Assembly (NCBI GenBank): GCA_964234715.1
Contig: OZ174278.1
DNA length: 64,000 nt
Source: Podarcis melisellensis
Lineage: Eukaryota
Reading direction: 5' to 3' (one strand)
The notes beneath the pieces are model-generated. The model was given only the letters and a program-made list of their open reading frames with translations, was not told the DNA's origin and did no database searches. Both the position numbers and the translations under genes were made by a program. The first letter of the stretch is position 1. Each line of letters opens with the position of its first letter. This document shows positions 1-12,110 of the stretch, in pieces.

Positions 1-489
1 TTACCTCCGGCTTAATATCAGACAGGTATAATCTGATATTTTCATTGTGCAATGATGGTAAACTACCCAAAAAGAAGGATAACACGCGTTTATGTAGCTG
101 GTTGGACTGTAGAAAAGAATTTGTTCTACATTGTCTGGCACATTCAAATAACAACATGCCTACCATTTCTAGGGATGTTTAAATATCTGCCCTTAACAAA
201 AGCTGAGGGGAAAGTGTTCAGTCAGACTAACATAAGTGTCCTGCGTTAGGCTGGAATTGTTAATTTTGAGATATAAGTGATCCTGTTACTGGTTGTATTT
301 AAACCATAGAACCTGGGGGAGCAGATTTTATTTACAGCAGACTCAGTGTTTTGTTTTTCAATATCCTTTAATTTGGATATTGCGATAAATATCTTGCTCA
401 CTAGAATTATACAATAATTCCAAGTCAATACCAGTAGATCTAATTTTGCTGTGTATGAGTTGGAGCCATCTGGATTTTAGGAGTCCTTA

Positions 490-1060
490 AGTAAATCAGA
501 AAGCAGACTTGAAGGTTGGGAACGAAAATGGCAACACAGCTAGTATTTTATAGTGCTTGTCCACGCCCAATATTCCATCATGTGTATACCTAATTCTGCA
601 CACATCGTCTCATACTTGATTGAATTTGGGAGCCCGTAGATATGTCTCAAGAAACTTGAGTATATCTTATCTAAATCACTATTATATGCTTGTATCCATA
701 TTGGGATCCCAAAAAGTAGCTGGGATGACACTTTAGCTTGAAAAATCTGAATGGCAGCTGGCATGAATTGGTTACCTTTCTGAAAATAAAAGTGAGCTAC
801 TGCTGAGGAGGTACACTTTGCCTGTTTTATAGTGCTTGTGCAATGGTTTAACCAACCTGAGTTACTCTGGAATAAAATTCTGAGATATTTATGCATCTTT
901 ACTTTCTGGATTACTTGTCCTCCATTTCTCTAGTTTCTGGGAATTAGAGAAGACCAGAAATTTTGTCTTCTCATAATTTGTTTGCTAATTTCGCAGTAAG
1001 AAACCAAGGAGAGTAAAAGACGGTTCAAACCTATCCTTGTCAGTGATAATAAGGTGTATT
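490..1060 (-). mobile_element. Degenerate non-LTR retrotransposon RT / post-RT fragment
   Basis: Minus-strand translation gives LLSLTRIGLNRLL...YC, IQKVKMHKYLRILF (FKYLGI-like), IFQAKVSSQLLFGIPIW and ETMCAELG, with stops and frameshifts. Confidence 0.7.
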
Positions 1061-3035
1061 GATAATGATAATAATAGCTGCAGCTATGTTCACCAGAACA
1101 AAACCTGTAAACACTTTAATGCTGGTACAGCACTTAGAACATTATGCATGCATTTAACAGTAAGGTAGTCTCTGATTATATGCTTACAATATAATCAACA
1201 GGACACAAAAGCAAAGCAAAAAGGAGGGAGGGAAGAGAAAGCCAAGCATTGGAACAGCTGCTGTTCCACTGGCTGATGGATGAGACTAGGCTGATCTCTC
1301 TGTTGTTGCAATAGCTTTCTTGGGAGGGAGGGTGTGCAGCCTCCTAATGGTCCAGGGCACTTGGCTAGGAGACCAGTATGTGCCTCCTTTCCTTCAGTTC
1401 TGCAGTCCCAGGTAACTGGCAGTTGGAGCAAAGGGCTCTTTCATGCACAGAAAGGAGGAAGCAAGTTCACTACATCTGCTGCTTCTCTGGGGAATAGGTG
1501 GGGCAAGTGTGGTCTCCCTCCTCCTTCCCATTATTATCTTCTTTGGAACAGTCTTCTAGTGGCCTTGATTCCCTGTCCTGGTGGTGGCAGAGCATCCCTC
1601 CCTTAATCTCTGCAGCACTAATTTATGGTTAGAACAGAGTGCCTTATCAACTGGTCATTTCTGAAACTTCATCTAACTCCTATTTTTGGGTAGATATAAA
1701 ACAGAAAAGTCACCCCCCAAAAGGAAAATGTGTTAAGATGCTTACAAAGTTCATGGATTTTCATCTCTGCAACATATAAAAATTAAACTTTCCCCAGCCA
1801 ACGTGGAAGCTCTTGGTGAAAGAGCTACTCTTATAAGAAATTAAGAAAATATACAAGGTCCATTTTGTGCCTTTTGCCAGACACTTTCACAACTATGCTG
1901 ATGGTCCTTGGGAAAGATACATTTTAGAAGCAAGGAGGTTGGTAAGTACATTCTGGCTGGCTTGCAAGGTTGGGCAATGCCAGTGCCCCTGTATCCTCTT
2001 ACCTCTAGTTTGCATTCCTCATCACACAACCCTGCCGTGAAGATTAATGGGGTTATTAAATGAATAAAGGAAACTAGCAACTAAGGATTTTATGTTGCAC
2101 ACCTAATGTGTGTTTGTCTGAGTGCCCTTACTAAATGTATGTTTATAGACTGCTAAGACAACCTGGGGTATATAAATACTGTTATAATATAGCTAGCTAA
2201 TTGTAAAAACACTGTGTAGTTTAATTTGTTTCTGTGTGCACAATATCATGAAATATATCCTCCCACTATGAACTATAATCCATAGCAGAAGCCTCTGTGA
2301 TCTAATATTATGAAAGTTTTTTTTTATTAAAAAAGCCTTTCCTCTTACTACAGTCATTAGTGTTGTGTGTTTTACTATTTCCTAGCTATATAGATCTTCT
2401 AGACCTTTTCCACTTGCCTCCTATCCAAGGAGTCATGTTCATCCATTTCTTTGTCCAGCTGGGCAATTCACATGTTACAGGGCTGAAAGCAGTTCCTCAT
2501 TCAGTTGAAAAAGCAAGATCTGAGACTGGGCTGGCCAGCAACACAGACTGTTGATTACAGAATCTAGGGTTATTGAAGCACTTTAAAGCTGCTTTATAGT
2601 TTCAGTGAAGCACATAGTTGCTTGGTTCATTAGCTCACTGCAGGTAGTCATCTTGCTTTTGAATCTAAATTTTTATTTAATCAACGTCATAAGGACTTTG
2701 ACTTGCTCTCAGCTTCGCTGTTTAAGTAAAATGTCTGCAAAAATTAGTTGTCCGTATGTTGAGTATTGAACCAGGCAGTAAATCTGAAGAGGGCAGTTGG
2801 ATATTCTAGCGCCCACAAAATTTATTTGAGCTCATTGTCCTCAGCATTTCACTAAAATTTACCCAGTTTCAATAAAAACAAAAACAATAATTTCCCCAAA
2901 CCTTGTTCAATTTAATAAAAAACTAATTTCTCCTGAGGCTGGCATGAGCTGAAAGTAGAAGAAGCATCATAACCTCTTTTTCACATCTGAAGCCCATGTA
3001 GAACAGCTATGTATAACAAATATAAGGTGACGGTA

Positions 3036-3440
3036 AGGGGCAACCAAAATGGTCAAGGGGCTGGAGACACTGCCCTGTGAGGAGAGGCTGCAGCATTTGG
3101 GTCTTTTAAGTTTAGAAAAAAGGTGAGGAAGAAGTGACATGAAATAAGTTTATAAAATGATACAGGGCATGGAGAAAGGGGATAGAGAAAAGTTTTTCTC
3201 CTTATCATAATACTAGAAATTGTGGACATCCAGTGAAGTAGAATGTTGAAAGATTCGGGGCAGATGAAACAAAATACTTACTTGTACAGTTAAACTATGG
3301 AATTCGCTTCCACAGGAGCCAATGGTGGCCAACAGCTTGGATGGCTTAAAAAGAGGATCAGACAAATTTGTGGAGAATGGGTCTATCAATCACTGCTAGC
3401 CACCATGGAGGCTAGATGACCTTTCCAGCTCTGAGTCTAT
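3036..3440 (+). mobile_element. CR1 LINE 3' fragment
   Basis: Decayed CR1 ORF2 C-terminus: ATKMVKGLE.LPCEERLQHLGLLSLEKR...VKLWNSLPQE.MVANSLDGLKRG.DKF. Confidence 0.9.
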
Positions 3441-3469
3441 AAGTCCAATCTTGGCCATTAAATTTGATG

Positions 3470-3470
<1 letters not shown>

Positions 3471-3514
<44 letters not shown>
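3471..3514. repeat. (TAT)n microsatellite
   Basis: Direct reading. Confidence 0.97.
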
Positions 3515-3515
<1 letters not shown>

Positions 3516-5304
3516 ATGTGTATACTACCTTTCATCCGAAGATCCCATGGTGGTTCACAACAGCAAGTGTGAATACACCTGGTACCGAGGTACACCTGGA
3601 AGTTGCTCAAGGCCCACTGATGATTCTCAGCTCAGTCTGATAAACAGGGTGCAACTGTGAATGGAGGCAATATTTACCAATTCCCTTTGCAGCTTCCCTT
3701 GAACTTCTGGAGTACCAACCCCCAACTCCCCACTGGAGATAATTTAGAGGACGCTGCAGGGAGAAGGGAGAGCTGAAACCCAAGGGTGCCTTGTTCCATA
3801 ACTGGAACTCTGAATCCAATCTATTGTATGTTGAATGACTTTGATATATATATAAAAGTCTTGGTAACAGAAGGTAAACAATCCTACTGAGCATGGTCAA
3901 GCACTTAGACAAGCTTCTCTGGAATAGTAGTTGTTTTCACATAGTATAGGAATAAAAGCTGTTATTTGTTTTTGGAGAGCCAAATAAGTGTAAACAAAAA
4001 TAAGCTGTGGAAAACCAAAATGATTTAATATGCTTTTAATAATACCATTTTAAAAAAGAGAATTGTTAAATAAAACTTTGAAAGACAGATATCTTTATCA
4101 GAAAGTGAAAGTCTTCCTGATTCTTCCGTGAATATTTCTTCCCTCCTTCCTAATTTCTCCTAAGCAAATACACTCAGGATACTCCACCCTGGTATTTTGT
4201 GTATATAAAGAATAGCCTCCAAAAAGAGATTGGCAGCTTTAATTTGTTTTATATGTGCAATCACAGTCCATGTTATATTCAAAATGCTTGTCCAATCAAG
4301 GATTCAATATAGAAAAGAGGCAGTAACAAGTATGCTGTACACTATAATAAAGAAATCTGTTGATTGAAAACAGTTCGTATATTTTGGAAATGATAGGGAA
4401 TGTAATTGGTTAGAAAGAAAAGGATAGGGCTTCATAAATAATAGGAAATAGAGCATATTTTTCCACTGATGATGCTAACTCAATTTAGCAATTCTGGTAT
4501 TGAATTTTCATGTGCAGTGAAATAGGCCTGGTAGATCCTCCAATACCACTCTAAATTCCATAGCTAATGGAATGACCTCTTCATATTGATGGTAGACAAC
4601 TTCAATATGTCAAATTTCTGCCATAATGACACACATTTTTCCAACCCTGTAAGATCCTTTGATGATTACTGCCAAAGACTTCTATGTCCTTGCACACAAG
4701 GCCTTGAAGCATGGATTTGTGTATGCAATTTTAATACGGGCCTAAGGGAGAGAGAGCTTTGTACTGCAGCCCAACTCACATACATTTTATGCAGTGCAAT
4801 CATGTATTTTTATACCTAATTGTAATTAAAGTATTAAGCCTTACAGACTTGCTAATCTTTACATTGAACTTCACTAGCAGGCTTAAGGAATAGTAAATTA
4901 TTGAATGGACCTTTCAGCTTGTAACAGTTTCCAGAGCATGAGTGTCTACAGAAATAATTGGAAGGTCTTTAACTTGTAACTACAGGTTGTTGACTTGACT
5001 GCAGTCTTTATACAACTGAACCCCGCTCACCGTTACATGGTTCTAGAAAGGAGCAATGACAAACAATGGTGAACTGTGCCTGTTGGTGATTTACTGTATC
5101 GTATAGGATTATACGCTTCAGAACTGACTTCTAACATACAGCTTTAATTTGTCCATTGAGCAACAATACAGTTGAACTCTGAACCAAATTTAATAAGCCT
5201 TAAGGCTGAATTTCACATGTGTTACACGCAATCTGCTGTGGCTGGTATAAAAGTGAGACATAGGTTCTGAAAACAGACTTTTTGTTAATGCTTATCTGTC
5301 CATA

Positions 5305-5563
5305 CAGTGAAGGGGGAAAGTATTTGATCCCCTGCTAAATTTGCCCGTTTGCCCTCTGACAAAGAAATAACCAGTCCATAATTTTAATGGTAGGTTTATT
5401 GTAGCTATGAGAGACAGAATAACAACAGGAAAAACCCCAGAATCCCTGAAGACAAAAGTCAGAGATTGATGTGCATTATAATGAGTGAAATAAGTATTTG
5501 ATCCTTTTGCAAAAGATGACTTAGTACTTGGTAGCAAAACCCTTGTTGGCAATTACAGAGGTC
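5305..5563 (-). mobile_element. Tc1 (IR/DR type) transposon right end: ~200-bp TIR plus transposase C-terminus
   Basis: TA|CAGTG terminus; direct repeat AAGTATTTGATCC at 5318-5330 and 5492-5504; adjacent minus-strand frame ends TSVIANKGFATKY*, typical of Tc1 transposase C-termini. Confidence 0.85.
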
Positions 5564-5589
5564 CAGTGGTCAGGGATAATGGCAGTTGT

Positions 5590-5726
5590 CCAAAAGCAGC
5601 TGCAGCCAATCGGATGTTCGGGTTCCAAAGAACGTTCACAAACTGGAACACTCGCTTCCGGGTTTGCGGCGCTTGGGAGCCAAAACGTTCGACTCGCAAG
5701 GTGTTCAGCTTCCAAGGTACAACTGT
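5590..5726. mobile_element. Truncated TcMar/Tigger-like MITE end
   Basis: CpG-rich piece ending CCAAGGTACAACTG|TA, like the local GGTACCACTG|TA TIR family. Confidence 0.6.
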
Positions 5727-5729
5727 AAA

Positions 5730-6125
5730 ATGACTTAGGGTGTGCCTGGGAAGAGGGGCTAGAGAAAGCAAGGGGCACACGATCACTGTGGTTCTGGGGT
5801 GGGAGGTGGGGCAGGTCAGTTAAGAGACACACAGCACAGGCAGTTGGTGACTGCTGTGTGCCAGGAGGCTCCCACCTTGGGATATGTGGTTGCCTTATCA
5901 GCCAGCCCTTGGGTTTGTGGATGCTGTTGCTGAATGCCAGGTCAGCTTGGAGTGAGTTTTCCCGCCTCCATGACCTGATTGTGGATGAGGAGAGTGATCT
6001 TGTCTATATCACTGAGACCTGGGTGGGTGAGCAGGGGGAAGTTTTTCCTCACACAGTTGTGCCTACCTGGGTACTTGTGCAGCATTAGGGCAGATGGAGA
6101 TAGGGAGTTGCTGTGGTTCAGTCCA
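5730..6125 (+). mobile_element. L2/CR1-clade LINE ORF2 endonuclease (APE) 5' relic
   Basis: LLLNARS...LHDLIVDEESDLVYITETW is the APE endonuclease N-terminal signature. Confidence 0.8.
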
Positions 6126-6679
6126 GTGCACCTCCAGGGCTGGGATACGTTTTCCAATAAATATTTTTACTTTAAGAAAATAAAATATTTAACTCCAAAA
6201 CATACAAAACTTTATCCCTATATGGATATTTTAGTCATAAGTTACTCTATCTCAACAAACAATTTCATCATATTTTGTATCACCATTGAGATTTTAACTA
6301 ACTTTTAACAGTTGCAGTTTTATCATCTTAGGAATATTAATACATGCAAAAGAGATGAGTAAGAAAAGCAAGAAATTTCTTTTTAAAACCCACACAATAA
6401 TGTGGGTTAAATTGTTGTTGGATCACTGTTATATGATTGTATTCATTGCTGTAAGATACTGCCCCACTGCACCCATGCAAAGTTTGGAGAATGAAGACGT
6501 GAACTTAGAATTATATGTTTCTCTGAAAATCATGAAGTGAATAGTTGTGAAAGAACACTGGGTGTCACTTGAATTTACAAAATTCAGCATTTGGTGCACC
6601 ATTTGGATATTGAGGATAAATGGTAAACAAATGATTTGTTTTATTTAAAATTAACTTGCAAGCCACAAGTGTTCACAAC

Positions 6680-6841
6680 CCACAGTGGCACGTCTGTGCA
6701 CGCGCGGGTTGCGATTTGGCGCTTTTGCGCATGCGCAACCGCCGAAACCCGGAAGTAACCCATTCTGATACTTCCGGGTTTCGGTGGGTCCATGACCCCA
6801 AAAAACTCAACCTGAAGCGTCTGTAACCTGAGGTATGACTG
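6680..6841. mobile_element. Truncated TcMar/Tigger-like MITE end
   Basis: CpG-rich segment ending CCTGAAGCGTCTGTAACCTGAGGTATGACTG|TA. Confidence 0.65.
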
Positions 6842-8000
6842 TAACTGGGTCAAAGTCAAGGAGGAGGGAAATGCAAATAATAAAGCAGAGTATAAGTTCT
6901 TGTCCAGCAGTCAGTAATTTTTCTTAAAAATTAAAAACTTGAGGTTTAATGTAGAATACTGCCTTTGATTTGAACCTTTTTAATTGTTACTCCAAATACA
7001 AAATATTCCCATATTTCATCTCCAGAGCGTAACATAAATGGTATACCTTAAATATCCTTTCCATACTACCTTTATTCTGCTGTAAAGCTAGAAATCCTTT
7101 GTCAATTCCTCTTGGTGTTAAGTTTCCATTCTTAAATGGACAACAAGTTAACAACATGAAATGGATGTTGACAGTTGTTGAAAATGAAGTAATGCTTGAT
7201 GTAGCCTTGCGTTTTCCTCTGAACTTTGACCGTACAATAGAAAAACTTAAAAGAAGGGGAGGAGTACTGTCAAGTACAGAATTATAGAGAAAAAAATTAA
7301 TCTAAATAGTAAGGAAGAAGTCTATGTTCTCTTGCATGATATTTAGCAGCAACGGTAAGGAGAGGGATGTTTCTTTCTTTGTGTAATGTGCAGTAGTTAC
7401 AATAAACACAAGATTTCCAAATCTCAGAGGACTCTCTTGACAGTTGCTTGATAACAGCTTTTTTCACTCCTTAGTTTTGACAGTTTGCGTGTGTTGCCAT
7501 ATCTAGTGTAAACTAAAACATCACTGTCATTCTGTTTTTCTTTTGTATGTGTCTTTCTTTTCTTTATTTTATTTTTTCATCTTTAAAATAATGAAAAAAG
7601 ATAGGCTTTTCTTCTGTAGACTATAGTGAGGCAAGTTTTATGGGGAGATTAGCATGTGTTTATAAGTTTTGAAAGATAGAAGATGGCTGCAGATTGCTTT
7701 AGCTTTTTATCATAGGATTCCAATGAAGCGTGGATATTAAATTATAGATTTAACCTTTCTATGTATAGCAATTCCTGTAATAATGGCATGCCAACATATT
7801 AGAAAAAAATGGGGCATATTCAAATTCCTCTGTAGCTATATCATATATTATTTCTTTTTTTAACAAATAACGCACAAAAACTCATCATACATCTACCATC
7901 CCAATGGACGTGTACCTTTGTTTTCATTTCAAATAAAAATAGTTTAGAAAAGTTTTGATACGGAAATTTTAACTTGTGAAGATTATTAATAGGGAAAGAA

Positions 8001-8075
8001 TCAGTAACCTGGAATGGGGGTTACTATATTATAGGACAGGTATATAATATAGTAACCCCCATTCCAGGTTACTGA
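8001..8075. repeat. Perfect 33-bp inverted repeat with a 9-nt spacer
   Basis: TCAGTAACCTGGAATGGGGGTTACTATATTATA (8001-8033) is the exact reverse complement of 8043-8075. Confidence 0.95.
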
Positions 8076-8242
8076 AGCTGTTACCTGGGTAACTAACACT
8101 CGGGTATTTTCAGGACCTTCTTAAATATCTGCAAAGCCCCCATATTTTGTCTTTGCCGTCCTTTCTTAAATTCAATAATCAAAATGGTTTAAAATGTGCC
8201 CTTACCACAGTGCCAGGAACTTCTTTATGGATGCTTTAGCTA

Positions 8243-8308
8243 AGATTCCTGCATTTCAGCAGGTTGATAACCCTTGGGGTCCCTCCCAACTCTACAATTC
8301 TTTGATGC
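8243..8308 (+). mobile_element. CR1 3' tail relic
   Basis: GATTCCTGCATT...CCCTTGGGGTCCCTCCCAACTCTACAATTCT resembles the squamate CR1 3' UTR. Confidence 0.6.
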
Positions 8309-10570
8309 TTTAGAGCATCATTATGGCCTAGGAACCATGTTTTGAAATCAGCTGGTTTCTATTCATTTGTTTCCAGAGACTGTGGTCTGTTCCAGGGATG
8401 CGCTCCTTTGCGAAGAACTCACCCAACTGAAACAGCTTTCCTGTTCATTTCAGTTTTGATCTCCTTCTCTTGAAATGGATCAAGACCTTTCCCCACATTC
8501 AGACATTTGTATGTACATCTGAGCGCTAATAAGTCTTTGGACCAAAGTCTCTCGCCTTTCGTCACCATGTTTGGCAACTTCTGTTGCCTAATAAATAGAA
8601 GTTTTTGCAGTTTCTGTGCTACAGAGATGTGCTCTCATGCTACTCCCATTCATTTCAATGGCACTTTTAGAGGAGGAGTCCTCTTTTGTCTTAATATTGA
8701 CGAAGATCAGTAATCCAAGGACTGACTCTTTGATTTGCATGTGTATAGTACCTAGACATTACAATGGAGAAATAATAAACAATATCCCTAGTTTCAGCAT
8801 GATTGTCTTAACTCCAGGATTTTCTAGAGTTGTCACCAAGTTTGTTCTATCATCAGACCAAATTTTGCTTGAGCACAGCAAAGCACCCAGTGTCGTCATC
8901 TGGCATGTTGCAGACAAATTCCAATTACTTTTCTGCTTCAAGCTATTGNNNNNNNNNNNNNNNNNNNNNNNNNNNNNNNNNNNNNNNNNNNNNNNNNNNN
9001 NNNNNNNNNNNNNNNNNNNNNNNNNNNNNNNNNNNNNNNNNNNNNNNNNNNNNNNNNNNNNNNNNNNNNNNNNNNNNNNNNNNNNNNNNNNNNNNNNNNN
9101 NNNNNNNNNNNNNNNNNNNNNNNNNNNNNNNNNNNNNNNNNNNGGAAATTGTATATGTCCATGTAAAGAGAACAGTTTTATTATCACATATTTACTCATT
9201 ATTTTTGGTGGTAAATAAAACTAGGGAGATGTGTTTGACAAATGATTGACGTTACTCAGTAGGTTTTCACTTCATTAGAACAATAGACAGCCACAAATAT
9301 ATATTTACTTTTGTTTAGTTCTGCCACTACTAATATAAGCCTGCGATAAAATCTTTAGTCAAATTAAGTAGAGCCTGTTGAGAGTCCACATGTAGTGCTA
9401 AACTTTCTATTTGGTAATTTTCTCCTCTTAGCTAAATTCATCCTCCTTTTTGCTTTCTCGCCCCCCCCCCACCCAATAGTTGGAGTGGTTCCCCTGCTCA
9501 ANNNNNNNNNNNNNNNNNNNNNNNNNNNNNNNNNNNNNNNNNNNNNNNNNNNNNNNNNNNNNNNNNNNNNNNNNNNNNNNNNNNNNNNNNNNNNNNNNNN
9601 NNNNNNNNNNNNNNNNNNNNNNNNNNNNNNNNNNNNNNNNNNNNNNNNNNNNNNNNNNNNNNNNNNNNNNNNNNNNNNNNNNNNNNNNNNNNNNNNNNNN
9701 NNNNNNNNNNNNNNNNNNNNNNNNNNNNNNNNNNNNNNNNNNNNNNNNNNNNNNNNNNNNNNNCATGTGTTGTCTGTAGCTACAGCACATAGGATAGATG
9801 TTCTCTTCTGTGGAATGCTTTTTATTTATATATTTTTTTCTTTCTTTTTCTTTATTATTACAGTGACTGACCAGCTCTCTAAATAGCCCTTCACTAGCTG
9901 TTTACTTATTGTCTCCACCTTGGTGTTGAAAAAATGTGTCAAACAAATGTTGAAAAGTTTCTTTAAAGTGCTGGAAATAGCAGGAGAGTAAGTTGTTCAG
10001 GGTGCTAGAGCTTGTGCAGTGTGAAAGCAAAAGAGAGAGAGAGAGCATGCATGTAAGAGCATAATTCTCTGGTTTCTGTAACAAGATTACTGTTTTCTTC
10101 TCTTTATCTTCACTCTTCAACGACTGGGTTCACTTTTCTGGTTTTTTTATAATAGCGCAAATGGAATTTATCCGCTTTTTTGCTCTCTTACCCTTCAACG
10201 CCACCTCTGTTTTTCCTTCTGCCGGCATTGCTTGTGAATGGAAAAGGGACCCTTTGGTTTACTGCTTGTAAGGCAAATACTAGCTGTATATGGCAGCTGT
10301 TTATACTGGCTTTCTTTGAAACCTTTTGCAAAATAATAATAGAAGGATCAGGTATGTCAATGTTTTCCTTGCCTATGTGTATATAGGGAGCTTGCTGTGC
10401 TTGGTTTAATGAATTCTATTATGCCACCAAGCACTTCACAATTAACTCATCTGATGGTGTGGTTTTTTTGGTATTTATTTGGCTATGTGTAGCATCCCAA
10501 GCAAGGGAATGGAATCAGTGTTCTCTCATTTCATAGGTTAGTTTTTATGGATTTTTTTCAAATGTGCCTA

Positions 10571-10801
10571 CAGTGGTACCTCAGGTTACATACGCTTCAG
10601 GTTACATAAGCTTCAGGTTACACACTCCGCTAACCCATAAATAATGCTTCAGGTTAAGAACTTTGCTTCAGGATAAGAACAATAACCGGGCTCCGGCGGC
10701 AGGAGGCCCCATTAGCTAAAGTGGTGCTTCAGGTTAAGAACAGTTTCAGGTTAAGAACGGACCTCCGGAACGATTTAAGTACTTAACCTGAGGTACCACT
10801 G
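10571..10801. mobile_element. TcMar/Tigger-like MITE, family A copy 1
   Basis: TA|CAGTGGTACCTC...GAGGTACCACTG|TA; 5 near-identical copies in the window. Confidence 0.92.
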
Positions 10802-11246
10802 TATTCTGTGGATCGGCTTTAGGTAGTACTCCTGTACGGGTTATATGTTACTCAGTCCTATGGGAGGCAGACTGAACTGTAAACCTTTCTAGATATAGAT
10901 ATATAGATATTCTTTGGCTGGCAGCCTGTTTCTATAATGGCACCACCAATACTTCCCCAGTGCAAAAGCTGGAATTAGAAAGATGTCCGCTAATTGCTTT
11001 GGGGCATTTCTCTTCCTTTGAACTGAACGGCCTGATCTTGCTGCAGAAAACAGTGCTTTCAGCTTTCCAGTGCTGCCATTTTCTCTGTAATTTATTGTGC
11101 TCTATTGACTACTTCATGCCAGGGCATAGGCCAGATTAGTAGTGCATTGCATTGTGGTCTCTGTATCTGGCTGAGTTGTATTAGGAAACCTGGATCACTG
11201 ATTCTTTCTTACATATGACTTAATCAAGCTGCAAACCATGCAAGTA

Positions 11247-11466
11247 CAGTGGTACCTTGGTTTACAACCATAATCCGTTCCGGAGGTCAGTTTGTAAACC
11301 AAAACAGGTTGTAACTCAAGGCTCGCTTTCGCCAGTGGGGGCCTCCAAAAAAATTGGGTTGTAATCCAAAAAAAGGTTGCAAACCGGAACATGCACTTCT
11401 GGGTCTGACATGTTTGTAATCCAAAACATATGCAAACCAAGATGTATGCAAAACAAGGTACCACTG
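11247..11466. mobile_element. TcMar/Tigger-like MITE, related family B
   Basis: TA|CAGTGGTACCTTG...CAAGGTACCACTG|TA with a different interior. Confidence 0.88.
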
Positions 11467-11898
11467 TACAAGAGTGTGGACAGTGATCCTTGCCAAACAA
11501 ACAGCCCCAATCATGGAGCAAATAAAATAGGAGCTAAGGAACCTACTCTTGAACATTATAATGCATGTGTGGCTTAATCCCTATTCCAGGCACACACACA
11601 CTTCTCTTGTGGCTGCTCTTAGATATGTTGCCATATGATCAGATTTTGATGTGGCTGTTGAAATGAAGGACTGCTTTGAAAGCAAGCAGAAGATTCATAC
11701 CCACTGAATGCAGCAAGTGGAAAGAGTGGAATCTGAAGGTTGTCTGCTTTCCTCCCCACCCCATCAGAATCTCCATTATAAGATGTGGTCAGAAGGATCA
11801 AGATCAGAACATTTTGTAAATGAAGAAGAGACACACACACGTATACTAGATAAAATATTATTTAATGTGATTAAGTCTCGATCTCTAAAACCCAGTTA

Positions 11899-12110
11899 CC
11901 ATAGATTCCAGTGTATAAGATGACTTTTTAACCCCAGAAAAGAGGTTTAAAAGTCTGGAGTCGTCTTATTCGGAAGCAGCAACAGGGGCAGCGGGCTCTG
12001 CTCCGCACTGGGCGACTTTATCCCGGCACGGAGCTGCCCAGCGTATTAGGTGACTGGGCTTATAAGAGGAACCCCCAAATTGCAGCTGCCTAATACGCCG
12101 GAATCTACGG
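11899..12110. mobile_element. TcMar (CCGTA-terminus) MITE
   Basis: TA|CCATAGATTCCAGTGTATAAG ... CTAATACGCCGGAATCTACGG|TA: imperfect TIRs (CpG decay) with TA TSD. Confidence 0.75.

Noticed and set aside
8380-8948. Possible very old LINE RT relic on the minus strand (frameshifted ADD-like motif near 8890-8910)
   Set aside because: Motifs are too degraded to support a call without a profile search.
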